From assembly GCA_905178155.1 (NCBI GenBank), contig CAJINV010000010.1:3368587-3432586 (forward strand): a stretch of 64,000 nt of DNA, in the 5' to 3' direction. Below are positions 1 through 12,246 of the stretch, in pieces (within the stretch, counting starts at the first letter, position 1; each line of letters begins with the position of its first letter). The notes beneath the pieces are model-generated. The model was not told where the DNA came from. It ran no database searches and was given only the letters and a program-made list of their open reading frames with translations. The stretch comes from Amoebophrya sp. A120 (Eukaryota > Protista > Dinoflagellata). The position numbers were made by a program, and so were the translations under genes.

Positions 1-3000
1 TGTTCCGGTTGAAGGTGTTGAAGATCTACTTTTTCCCGGGACGATCTTGAACAGGTACAGTAAGAAGACAAACTGAAGCCTGCTCCACCCAAATTTTGGA
101 AAACAAACACAGCAAGCAGGCACGACACGGGCAAGGCAAACTAAAAGAGCCGGGGCGGGGGCTACGGAAAGTGACTTGCTAACTTATAAATAGTACGCGA
201 GGCCCGACAGGTCGAGTTGGTCTTTGTTCATCGGGGGGGAGGTAGCACAGTAGTAAAAACTGGAGCTGTAGTTGTAGTTGGTACGTAAGCGCATCACGAC
301 GAATGTTGTATATCGCAGCGTGCTAAAACTTTTTGCTGTTCGTATAGTAGATTAAGTAATAACGGGCATTTGATCTTTTTCGGATACGAAGTACCGAGAA
401 GTGAGGACGACAGGTTGCAGGACGACATCTGCGAGAAAGGACAGAGACTTCGCTGTTGAACCTAAAGGAACGTAGCTGGACAAAACCGAAAGTCAAACAA
501 AATCACTGTCTGCAAGATGGGAGTGGCGCACAAGAACGATAGGTTCGCACACTGCATCTCAACATCCAGCTTCTTGTTTTTTCTTTCCTTTGTATAGAAA
601 ACTGTGTTGAACGAGCACGAGGAATGCACCTTTAGAAACAACGAACGGACGGAAGACCGAAAACGAAAAGAAACAGGACGAGGGAAAACACCACGACCGA
701 GAACTTCTATAGAGATGTTGAAAGCTACCAGAATGCATTGCGAAAAGATCCTGAGGCTTTACTAAGCGCATGATCTCCATCAATACGATGACCAGATTTG
801 GCGACGAGACTCGAAACACGATTCTGAATTGCATTTGCAACGAGAAAACAAGCACTTACATACTACCTTTGGCGCTGAGTTGTAGGTTGGCACATATGAA
901 TGGTCAAAAGAGCTTCATAACGAGAATCAGCGAATGTTCCACTGAGTGAAAAAACCGAACAGCTTTCACAAAAAATATTTTTGCTCTTGAGTACCCGCGG
1001 AGAATCCTCAACAGCACGAGCATCAGCGAGATGACAAAGATCTATAAATTTTGGAGAAAAAGGTCAAACACGCATGTGAAACAGGCTAACGTTTAGACCG
1101 GACATATTTGTAATAGCATCGAGATTCAGTACTTTTCCTTTTCAACAAAAAGATGATTTTTCTTCCAACAGCGATTTGTTCGAGGGTATTTTATGTCGTT
1201 GACTCACTCACCACCGAAGTGGGTGCCTTCGCCTGAGCCGGTGAACAAGAGTGCATTGAAGTCCCAACTTTCTCTTCTTTCAAAGTTGCATTCTTTCTTT
1301 CATCATTCTTTTTTATTTTTCATTTTCTGTTTTTTGTTCTTTCTAAAAGTTCACACTTGTCTTGCGGTTTCTCTTGCTTCCTTCGAATTTGTAATGCGTA
1401 TTTTGTAGCTTGACTTTCGAGAGCTGTTAACTGACGGGTCGAAAAATATATAGTAATATTCTTGCCTACCGTGATATCTTTAAGCGCAAGGTCTACTACA
1501 AAATGGGTCCTGTTTGCATTACAAATTTCAAAGTCATCCAATCTGTCATGCTGGATACAAGGATGGCAAATCTGGGGCATTCGTGTTCTGTTCGCGAAAC
1601 AGGATAAGTCGGGCATATTCGTCCAGGAGAGCATTACAAATTTTAAGGATGTAAAATCTGTCATGCTTGTGGCCGTTCTGCTCGCTTTTGCCAAGGTATC
1701 CTTTCCCATGCAGTTTTCAAACGTTTAGGGCTTTTTGTACACGAACGATTAAGAAAACAAGAGAAGAAAAACATCAACATCGCACACCGTCCTAAGTGCA
1801 ACAGCACACAGGAAGGCAATACGAACAATTTGTATTGTTCCTGTTCGCCCCTCTTTGCATGAACTTGTTCTGATTCTTGAAGCCTACGTTTTTCGACGTT
1901 TATAACTGGGGGCTTTACAACTTCAAGATCAGACCTTGTTTTGCATTTTACAAAAAAACAAAAACAAAATCATGCGCGCCCGGCACCATGGCGAAGAGGT
2001 GCAGAGATAAGGTGTCCCGCGAGTGGCGAAAACAGAACATCCACGAACCACGGGAGCGACTTGAAGCGCAACAGGAAAAGGCGGAACGCGAACACAAGCA
2101 GCACCTGTTGAGCACGAGTTGTAGGTTGGCACAACAAGCACAACGACGGGGAAAGTTATTTTCCCACGTGCGGTAATAATCATCTTCATCATATCTGCAA
2201 GAATACAACACTTGCGTTTCCAAGAACGACGTCCTCGTGTTTACGCACCACGGCCTTCAAAAAAAAAGCGAAATCCAAATCATACATTATCTATTAAGTT
2301 TTATCTAATTCCTAACAGAAGTACTTGACCAACTAACATGGTACGCAGTAAAAAAGGCACGCTTCTTTATTCCACCCCTCGCACTAAAAGAAGGAGCGTC
2401 GACATCTTCACTAGAGCTAATGCTGACTCCAGCCGCGCGGGAAAAACTTGTCCCCGCAGGCTGTTGCAACGACCATAAGAAGAATAAACTGCAATTCGAT
2501 TCTAGATGAAGACCTCCAAGTTGTTGTACCTCTCTATTTCTTCATTTCTCCTCCGCGGGCTAGTAAATGATGTGCGTGGGCGTGGCACTGTCCTATAGTG
2601 GTCAATCTCAATAATTATTAACACGCTTTCTCATCCTTCAGCTGTGTACATCGGCCATGCAGAAATTGGAATGCCGCTCTTCGTTTTTTGGCGGCCCTTA
2701 GTATAGTAGTCGAACCTCCAAACGTCAGATGTACAACGCTAGACTATTTTTTCGAAAATTCTTATAATACTATAGGCCTAGTAGTAGAGGATTGTACAGG
2801 GAATTGTAGGCTACAAATTTGTTTGTGAATTGTCCAGCTCAAGATTTCGTTTTGAAAAACGCGCCATCATTCTTAAATTATTATCCATGTCACAATCGAA
2901 AGCATCTCCTAGTGATACTTACAAAGCTCCTGCCATTTGTCTTCTATCTTGACCTGTGCCGGAAATAAGAGAAATAGGAACCGGGCTAGGTTTCGCTTCC

Positions 3001-4147
3001 AACCCTTAATACGTACATTGGACTACTACAGGCGAAGTGCTTTATCTATTTTTCATCTACGTTGTTCAAGCAAGAACGGTACCGCTTTTATTTTTGTTTT
3101 TCCCCACTTCACGACGTAAAAATATTCACATCGAGAAATTTTTGTTCGAAATCGAAAATATGTATATGTTGTAAAGTGAAATCATACATAAGTTTGCACC
3201 CGAAAGCGAAGGAGCAAGAAAAATCATTATACAGTTTGATACACGACCCAAAAGCGAAGGTGCGCGAGAGGGCTGTGTTTCATGTGCGACAATTGTACAG
3301 TATGTAGGGCATATTATTTGTTCCAAAAAAATCTCCAAGCAGGATTACATTTACAATTGCTTTCGCTATTAAAATTCCTGTTTTATCTGCTTCCCATAAT
3401 TCTTGCGACAAATATTCATCTGGATAGGTCTGGTGTCCCGTCATGCTTCCTAAGTGTAGCTTCGCCTACTTCTCAGATGCGTCATCTTCCGTTCGTATAT
3501 GATTTATTAATGCCCGCACGAAGTGTTATTTGGTCTTCTTATGCCCACGACCGGCTTTCTGTACATATTCGCAAGTTGTATTTGTATCAACATAGATACG
3601 GATATAATCACTATTTTCATTTGTAGGTGAAAGTCCACCCGTTTCTGTCATGTTCCACTTCCACCCTCTTCAGCATGATCATTCAGCGCATGTTGTTTCC
3701 ATAGGTAAGGTAGAGAGCACCCCCGCCTGCAATCAGCGCTGCACCTTTACCGAGGCGTTTCAAGGAGAAAAAACGTAACACCTACATCTTCGAGTTTCTG
3801 CCTCTGGTGTAAATAACACGAAAAGTACTTACTATGTTCAACATCTACTACTTCCACCTTACCAGCTAGAAGTAATAGAGACGACCAAGTTGTAGAAGCC
3901 GCAAAGGCCTTCTTCAAAGAAACTACATGAAATGCATCAAGCTGCAGAAAAATATAAAAATCATCTTGTGAAATCTGTATTGCGAAAACTACATCAGCGA
4001 AGGTTCTTCGCTTGCATCCTGAATGACAAGACACCATGCTGCGTTTTTTCATCCTTTGATAGTACTCTGGCTGCGCCTGTCATCAAGTCCGGGGACAGCG
4101 GGAGCTGGCGCCCGCCCTCCGTCCTCCGTTTCGTGCCCAATTGTATC

Positions 4148-4732
4148 TATCCTGTGTAAGTAAAAACGTCCCCACTTGTCATGCAAATCTGCAGGGGGCC
4201 TAAAATGCTTCTCACCGTGTGAAGCTACGTGCCATGAGAGCTATTTTCTGAATGCAATGGAATTGGAACTTGTCATGCTCTATCTGAAAATAAGGCTCGA
4301 TAGCGTATGCTATCAATCGATTTGCGATTTGGCTGCACTAGTCAAATGAAACGGCTGTACTGCGGATAGCCCAAATTTGTCGCGGGCAGCGGCAGCAGCC
4401 AAAAGTTTATTGCGATGGCGCAGATTTTTTCTCATCTACTTGACTATGGGCGGGAGGAGGTGGGGATGTTTTATTTACACCGGATATCAATATCATCGTC
4501 AAGCGCCTGATTATGCGAGCCCTCGGTCTTATCCGCGACCTGCAAGTGGCCCCTGAGGTTGCCGCAAGTTTTTGGCGGGCCCATTTTTGTAACCACGACC
4601 TTGCAGGAGCTGGTGCCCGAACTCTCGTCTCCTGCGCAGGAGGAGGCTATCCAAGAAAAAAAGATTCTAGGTGTATACTTTCTTGGAGGATCAGCATTGC
4701 AAATATCTCTGGCATGACATCATGCGCAGATA
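4148..4732. mobile_element. Possible degenerate introner-like element downstream of the first gene
   Basis: Starts tatcctgtg (family B end), ends gcagata, flanks GTATC/GTACC, contains cttgtcatgc motifs; TIR is weak. Confidence 0.3.
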
Positions 4733-4813
4733 GTACCAGAAAACGCCCTTGAATGGACCCTACAATGCATCCCTAGCATGAAAGACGCAGTCATCTTATA
4801 AATATGTTGCGCA

Positions 4814-7800
4814 TCACAAATTTACACTAAACACGTTTTTTTCTTGGATAGAGGTGTCAACAACTCCACTAGTGCTCGTCTCCGCAGCAAAGCACATCAC
4901 TTCTTCACTGCCTTGCGGAACGTCAATCACGTCGAAGATCGAAGGCAAGCATTGGTCATTATGATCCTGTTTTTCGTCTTCACTCTCGGGTTGCTGCTCC
5001 TGCGCCACGGTCTTCTCCTGCGCCGCTGGGGCAGTATTGGAAGTACTAAACCAGGAGGACAGGAGAGACGCTGCATTTGCTTCCGCCAAAGGATCCGCTG
5101 AGTGGCGACCGGCGAGCAGAGAGCGCGGTGCTTGCCCGGCCGAACAGGTGGGTCGGCCAGGTCGCGAACAGTGAGTACCGTTGGAGACCGAGATGAGGTC
5201 CTCGCTTAGCGGCGATGCGCAGACGCTGGCCGGATCGCGCCGGCCAGACTCCCAAGCGAAAATCAAGACGAAGGACACGAAAAGCAGCTTTTCCACCTTG
5301 CGCCGCAACACCGTGCAGGCCGCGCCGTACCGATGCTCGTCGCGGGTCGTGGTGACGATGTGTGTCGTGGTTGCCGTGGGGTGCAGCTCCTGGTCAAGGA
5401 CCGCGTCCGTTCCTGAAGATACGAGTTCAGCATCAACATCATCCGGGACCGGGAGGTGGACGGTTTCGTCTTCTCCCTCTTCGTCTTCTTCCTCATCCGG
5501 CAAAACTACAGCGTCTCCGTTTTCATCCTGATGCAATTCGTCCTGCGTGGATGAAGTAGACGGTCTCGCACCTGCCGTCTCCGAAGACGAGTCCCCAGGG
5601 GGGAGCAGGCCGTCATTACCGGACGAGGTCTCCTGATGCTGATCTTCCTTAGCCACGACCTGCGTTGAGGACGTACTGGCAGTATTGTCTTCGTTTCCGA
5701 TGTGTAGCTGCTGCTGCTCAACAGCCGCTCCTCCTTCATCCTCCACCACGAGCTCGTCGCCGGTTTGGGTTTTTCCAGCAGGTTTATCGTGAAGAAATTT
5801 GATGTTCACGGGTTGGTTTTGTTCAATGTCTTTCAGAATTTGCAAATTGAAACTCGACTTGTGCCCCTTACTATTCTTGGCCGCCAGTTCCAACGCCGCG
5901 GCCGCACGGTGCAGGAGGGCATTTCTCATCTCGGGGCTCTTAACTTTCCGGCACAGATCCCGCGTGATTTCCGCAAAGGCAAGCAGTAACTCCTCTCCGA
6001 ACTCCGGTTGCAGCGTTGCGCCCAGGTGCAACCCCACACTGACCATCGCCTCCGCCGACATTGTGTGCAAAAAGTTGAGAACCGGGTGAAGGGCATGACG
6101 GTATTTTACTAGTTGTTCCTGTTTCTCATCATGTTGACTTCGGGTCACGTCGCCGTCGTCTTCGCTATGCTGCTGCTGGTCGTGGCCCTGGCCCTGGTCC
6201 TGACCTGCAAATTTTTGCCCCCGCACTACTTGGACATAGTTGATCAAAAGCTGCTGCAACGAGGCCGCAGCGCCGGCGATCCTTTCTGCGACCCGGGTGA
6301 ATTTGCTTTTCCTGGCACAAGAAATGGGAGCGCCAGCGCCAGCAGCTGCTCTTGTAGTACTATTTCCATCTTGCTGCAACCGTTCCTGCCCTGCAGAGGA
6401 AGCTTCTTCCGCAGCTCCACCTCCCGCAGCTGCATCTCCCGCAGTTGCATCTCCCACAGCTGCATCTCCCGCAGCTGCATCTCCCGCAGCTGCATCTCCC
6501 GCAGCTGCATCTCCCGCAGTTGCATCTCCCGCCGCAACACGAAGTTCCTCGGGTCGAACTTCCACTTCCGCTTCCATTCCAGGAAGCAAGGGCCACGATT
6601 TGGTGCGGCTCAAGGAAGCGTTGCCAGTGGTGAGTGGAGTCGTCTCCTGGCGCTGCAAGTCCTGGAACGATTGCGAGCGGCTGAGCGGAGAATTCGTGCT
6701 GGGAATAAATGCCTCTTCAACATGCGAGTCAATTTGAGTCTCTCGTCCCTGCACCACGTCGTCCGCTGTCACAACGGCGCCAAGCGGTTGTGTGGTTGGA
6801 GTTTGCCCTGTAGTCGCTGCAGTCCCCGTTCCTGTCGGAAGATGAACCGCTGTAAAGCGAGAGGCAGCGCTGGGGCTGGCAGCCCTGCTCGGTGGTGGAG
6901 TGTTTTCGACGCCCGACGAGAACGAGGACCCACTCGCTCCACCGGGGAACAAAGACGGCTGCTCCGGGGCGGAGGGCTCCGAGGCAGCAGCTGTGAAGGT
7001 GGTACGAGGGCTAGCTGAGCCGCTTGCAATCGCATCGCGGTCGCTAGACGTTGAGGTAGCAGCAGCAGCAGCAGCAGTAGCAGGATCAGCATTTCCCTCC
7101 AAGTGGCCGGCTGGAGATCTTTGCGTGCTTCCCGATGCAGGAGCCGTAGGTCCGCTTGGGTCCAACTCTTCAGAGGTGCTTATTGTACCGTCATTCCCGG
7201 TGGTTGTTCCCGGCGCGGCCAGAGTTGATGTTGTGCCACTGGTCCCAGCAGCATTTGCCGGATCCGCTCCATTCGGGGGAAGTGACGTGGCAGTGCTACC
7301 CGGAGCGGCAGTGCTGCCGGGTGTGGCAGTGCTGCCCGGTGCGGCAGTGCTGCCGGGTGTGGCAGTGCTGCCCGGTGCGGCAGTGCTGCCCGGAGCGGCA
7401 GTGCTGCCCGGAGCGGCAGTGCTGCCCGCTGCGGCAGTGCTGCCCGGTGCGGCAGTGCCTGGTGCGGCAGTGCTGCTCGACGCGGCAGTGCCTGGCGTTG
7501 CAGTGCCCGGTGCGGCAGTGCTGCCCGGTGCGGCAGTACCAACCGGCGTCGCAGTGCTCGGAGCGGCACCCCCACGTCCAAGTGCAGGCGGCGCTGCAGA
7601 AGAAGATGAAGCCGAGGGCAAAACAGTAGCAGAAGGCACCCCTGGAGTAGTCACCGTAACTGGATTAACAGTTGCCGCGTTACCCTGGTTGGTATTCCCG
7701 GTGCTATTGGTCCGAAGTAGAACCGGCGGGGCAGTTGTTCCGGTACTGGTCCCCACGACCGCGGGGGGCGGACGGGTGCCCGGCGCGCCAGCATTGTTGT

Positions 7801-10331
7801 TTCCACCTTGAAGAACCGCGACCGCTGGCACCTCCGGCTGGTTTATCACATGTAAAAATGTCTGGGTCTGGAAACTTGTGATGCTGGGTGGCGTCTCATG
7901 ATGAGGCTACAGATGCTGGCTCAGCATGACAAGTTTCTGAGCTCCTAGGTGTTGCCTATTCTGCATGACAAGCTGCGCTTCTGCATCACAGAAAAACGGA
8001 GCTCTTGGGTAACATGCATGACAGATTTAAGAGTCATGCCAGACAAGCATGACAAACATGAATTCTTCCAGACCCAGACATTTTTACATTTGATATGGTT
8101 GTGCAGTGCCCGAAAGGCGTTCACGAGCTGCTGCAACTGCGTGTTCCGAAAGGCTTTTTTTCCGTCCGGCAGGAGGAAAAAACGCCCCGCCGTCTCGTCC
8201 GCATAGTACGCCGGCTCGAAGTTGTAGGAGACAGAGGTGTATGCATTGCAAATATGTCTGGATCTGGAAGAGCGCAAGGTTTGTCATGCTCGACCAGCAT
8301 GCCTCTCAAATCTGTGATGCATGTTACCTAAACGCCCCATTTTTATGTAATGCAGAAACGCAGTTTGGCATGCAGAATGGGCAACACCTAGCAAGTAAAA
8401 AATCTGTTATGCGCGGTCGTCAATCGAAGTGTCCGCATGATCGTTCAACCAGCATCACAAGTTTCCCGACCCAGACAGATTTGCAATGCATAAAGTGTTT
8501 TCGCCCGTGTGTGCGTCTTTCACCACTGCGAGCACCGGGTACTCGCAGAGAACGTCGACTTCAACACGTGCCGTGCCAGAAGTTTTGGTACTAGACGTGG
8601 AAATATTTCTCGCGTCCTTGCACATAAAAGCGGCCGGGAATCCTGGTTTTCCTTGCAGTCCTCCTACTTGTTGATCATTCCCGCCCGGGTTCATTTGGGA
8701 GAAAACGGAAGATCCACCGTTCTGGTCGTTCCAAAGCTCCGAAAACTGCTTCAGTGCCGTGTTGGAAAGCATAACGGGCATCACATGGATCTCGTCGTTT
8801 GGAGCTGCATCCCCTTCGTCGTCACCGTTGCTGGCAGCGGCCTGCTGCTCCTGGGCAGCTACTTCATCTTGCGTCGACCACGTCGAGAGGAACTTTTTTT
8901 GCACTAGTTGATGATCCTGCTTCATCTTGTTCTGCAGAAGCAGTTGTTGACGTTGTTGCCGAGGAGCTCCTGCAGTTCCACCCGGCTTCTGCACCTCTTC
9001 CACTTCCAGCTGCGCACCGCTCACGGGACAGAAACATTTTCCGTCGACGGGCACGTTTGCGCAGGCTTTTTCCGCGACCGGGCGGGCCAGGGTCAAACCA
9101 GAGCTCACAACCACCGGGTCGGAGCCGATTGCAGCCATATTTTGCTGCACGAAGTCGTTGAGCTGCTTCAGCTCCGGGCGAGAGACCAGAAGCTGGTTCT
9201 GGTTGTTACCTCCCGGAGTAGAAACATTAGTGCCATTGCCGTTGCCGTTGCCCCCAGGATGGCTCCCGCCCACCGGGTGCTGTTGCTCTGCTTCCGCCTG
9301 TTCACGTAGGTGGTGCTGGTACCGCAACCCCAGGGGCACGCCGATGCCCAAACCCAAGCCGATTACCAAGAGAGACACGCCAGCAATGATAGCAATGGTC
9401 CAGAACCTTTTCGAGGAAGTTTGCGGAGTGCTGCTGGTGCAGCTTTCGCGTCCCGTATCCAAAGGAAAAATCCCCCCCCCCCATATCAAAAGGAAGTTTC
9501 TGATGCTGGATTTGCGTACAAAAATCAGCTTTGTATTGTAGAGAAGCATTGCGGGCAGATCTCCAGGCTGGATAGGGGCGTATGTGTCTAGTTCCTCAGC
9601 ATGGCAAACGGCTCCCATGACAAATCGCCTCCATAATGGGGCGAAAGCTCCTGCCCTCGTCTTCTTGCAAGACGGATGTGATTTGTGACCTCAAATCAGC
9701 AATACAAATTTTCGAAGTCATACCTTTTCGATATGGGGAGGGGGGATTTTTCCTTTCAATATCCCGCCGCGGCGGGGTACGTCTTCGTCTTCTTCTTTCC
9801 ACCAATGGTCTTCGTATGCTCCTCGTCGGTCGTCTCATCTGCGTCCCCGCGGCCCTCGCCGGTCAGCAGGGAGGAATTTTCATCCACCTCATAATGGATT
9901 TCATCGTGGCGAAAAGAATCCGCCGTCCCCGCCTCGAGGTCACCATGATGTTGGGTGGCCATATTGCTCGCAGGATCCTCGTATCAAATGTAAAAATGTC
10001 TGGGTCTGGAAGATTGCAACTTGTGATGCTGCATTTGGATGTGTAAAAAATTTGTGTAGCATGCCCATGCGCAGCGAACGGATTCTAATCTTTGCTACGC
10101 GGGGAGGGCATCTGTCATGCGGAATAGGCATCAAGAATCCCTCAAAAAACCTGTGATGCTAGGGCATGCATCACAGACATCTCGGCTCATGCAAACCGTG
10201 CATGACAAGTCCCAGCATCTTCCAGACCCAGACATTTTTACGATCCATACCTCGGCACCAGCCGCCGGATAGCTGCGGTGGGCCGGCGCAGCGACCTTGG
10301 ATTGGTAAGTGAATGAAAGATTGGTATCCAT
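4814..10331 (-). CDS. Multi-exon single-TM protein with a conserved ~300-aa domain and a long Ala/Thr/Pro/Gly mucin-like tail (~1472 aa); paralog of 12247-20203
   Basis: ORFs 10131..10331, 9756..9962, 8455..9618, 7945..8277 and 4814..7849 join in frame after removing four elements plus one 5-bp repeat each (273, 311, 258, 257 nt), giving 4419 nt = 1473 codons. TM segment FWTIAIIAGVSLLVIGLGLGIGVPL. Confidence 0.8.
6421..6530 (-). repeat. Coding 15-bp tandem repeat (AAAGD, about 7 copies)
   Basis: ctcccgcagctgcat units. Confidence 0.9.
7289..7560 (-). repeat. Coding 18-bp tandem repeat (PGSTAA)
   Basis: gcggcagtgctgcccggt units. Confidence 0.9.
7844..8095. mobile_element. Introner family A (TIR core AAATGTCTGGGTCTGGAA), DR TGGTT
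   Basis: TAT...ATA ends, ~30-bp TIR, perfect 5-bp DR; excision gives HNQPEVP. Confidence 0.9.
8240..8492. mobile_element. Introner family A, DR AGGTG/AAGTG
   Basis: TIR tatgcattgcaaat; excision gives ENTSVSYN, matching the paralog. Confidence 0.88.
9456..9761. mobile_element. Introner family C (poly-C/poly-G TIR), DR TCCCG
   Basis: tatccaaaggaaaaatccccc and gggggatttttcctttcaata; excision gives AAGRESC. Confidence 0.85.
9982..10249. mobile_element. Introner family A, DR CCTCG; can be placed as GT-AG
   Basis: Minus strand GAG|GTATGG...TACGAG|GAT; in-frame AEDPAS. Confidence 0.9.
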
Positions 10332-11451
10332 TTTCCAAAACAGGAGGGTATTATACCTTTATTCCTGGTAAATTGTTATTTGATGTGTACTAGTTCTTCA
10401 GAAGTTAGTTGTTGGCTTGAGTAATTCTTTGGGATCTCAGCAAAAGTAGATTATACAAAGTAAAGTTAGTGACCACAAAAGTTGTTATCAAATTTTTTAT
10501 TTTACAGTAGGAGTATCAAGAAATTGGTTAGGTATAATTTTACAAAGTTGCGAATACGTCGATGTATTCTGTTCCTTCAAAGAGACGATGCTGTTCCCTG
10601 TTAGAAGTAGAGTAGTACGGAGATTTCGTTGCAGCTTCGAAAAAAGATTTGGAACTGGTGCTGGTAGCTGCACTGTGCGATAATTCTATATTTGCAGCAG
10701 CTGTATCATTCGGTCAAGATGGATTCGGAAATAGAGAACCAGTGGCGTAAGACTATGAACTACTAGCTACGCAATACTATTTTCACGAGTTCCCTCCGTG
10801 TTCGTCTCCGACATTTCATATTTATGTTTTTTGTGTTCACTAACAGTTCCAGTGAGTTGTGAGTCAGACGAAACATTGTACTGACTCAACGACCCCTTAA
10901 AGCTGGCAAGTAGCAGAATTCCTAGATCTAGCTATGATGTACAACGAGCCGGTCATTTTATTTTTACGCATGTTCATTTATTTCTACGTTGAGAAGGAAA
11001 GTGTTTAGATTTATAGATACTACTTCTTCTGGTGATTTCTGCCTGCTGATCGCCCCGCAAACATTCAAGATCAAGATCTACTTCTAGCGGACAATTAGGG
11101 AAAAGCAAATGACTTAATACTAGAAAAACGCAAGGGTCAAGGTGCGTAAAGTCTTGTCGGAAAAATTTCAGTTCGATTTGGGCGCCTCGAAGATGATTTG
11201 CCCTCAGGACGCAATTCCTCAAAGTCAAACTTTTTGTTTTTTGGCAAAGAATAACTGATCATCGTCATGATCCCTACAACAAAGTAGACAATTCGAAAAA
11301 TAAACAGGGGATCATTACACAAGAAATGGAAGCGCAGACCGTGCGTGTCGACAGGACGGAACAGTGTTGAGCAATTTCATTTTTAGATCAAAATGTTCTT
11401 CATAACTTCCGCGTCACTGGAACACCACTCCATTTGCGCGTCGCTGACATC

Positions 11452-11746
11452 TATTCAATGCAAATACGTCTGGGTCTGCAAACTTGTAATGCAAATACGT
11501 AATTACAAGGGGTCTGCAAACTTGTAATGCTGAGTTGTGAATCCTCCCTCCGTCAAGAGCAAGACTTAGAAATATTTGCGCGTTTTCGTGTTGCTTTTTC
11601 CGCATGACAAACACAAACTGCGTTTTTGCATGACAAACAAAAGGGTCTCTTTTACGACACGCATGACAAGCTCTTCCGTCGTGCCAGACCAGCATGACAA
11701 ACTTTGCAAGCTGTTCAAGAGGACCCAGACATATTTGCAATGCATA
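11452..11746. mobile_element. Introner family A copy outside any clear CDS, DR ACATC/GCATC
   Basis: TIR core present; internal duplication of gggtctgcaaacttgtaatgc. Confidence 0.75.
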
Positions 11747-12246
11747 GCATCCGTGAACCTACAACCTTCGATGTGTTCTCCCGGGCGTGTCGTGTTGTAT
11801 CAAACGTCTTCGTGACTGCGGCTGCGTAGTTGAGTAGAAACTGAAACACTCATATTACCGCGCAATCTGATGACGCGAGAAACTGAAAGATTGAAAGCCG
11901 AAACTCACATGTAAAATCGAATTTTGTAAAAATCTGTACGAAACATTCATACACACGGACACGGTCATTTTTTCAACTAAAAACAGCTGTGTAGTTGCCG
12001 ATCTATAATTCACATCGACGGAAAGAAGCGAGATAATTGAATCATACAGTAGACATGAACCTCCTGGTCGTACGTTTTATCTGTCTTTTGAAAAATTTCC
12101 TTCTCCGCTCGGGCAGCACTGACCGGTGACGCGAAAAACCACTGTCGCGTCGTCTTCTCGGATCTACTGCCCGTTATTGTTTTTCATCTGCACTTGCGTG
12201 CAAAAGGTACACGTCGACTTTTCATTGCATGCTAGCGCAAATTAGC

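Noticed and set aside
877-2133. 18-bp repeat gagttgtaggttggcaca at about 877 and 2116
   Set aside because: Isolated short match with no TSD, TIR or ORF support.
1-4100. Short ORFs on both strands
   Set aside because: No recognisable motifs or consistent coding pattern; treated as intergenic or UTR.
6113-7811. Long plus-strand ORFs (301 and 303 aa)
   Set aside because: Antisense shadows of GC-rich tandem-repeat coding sequence.
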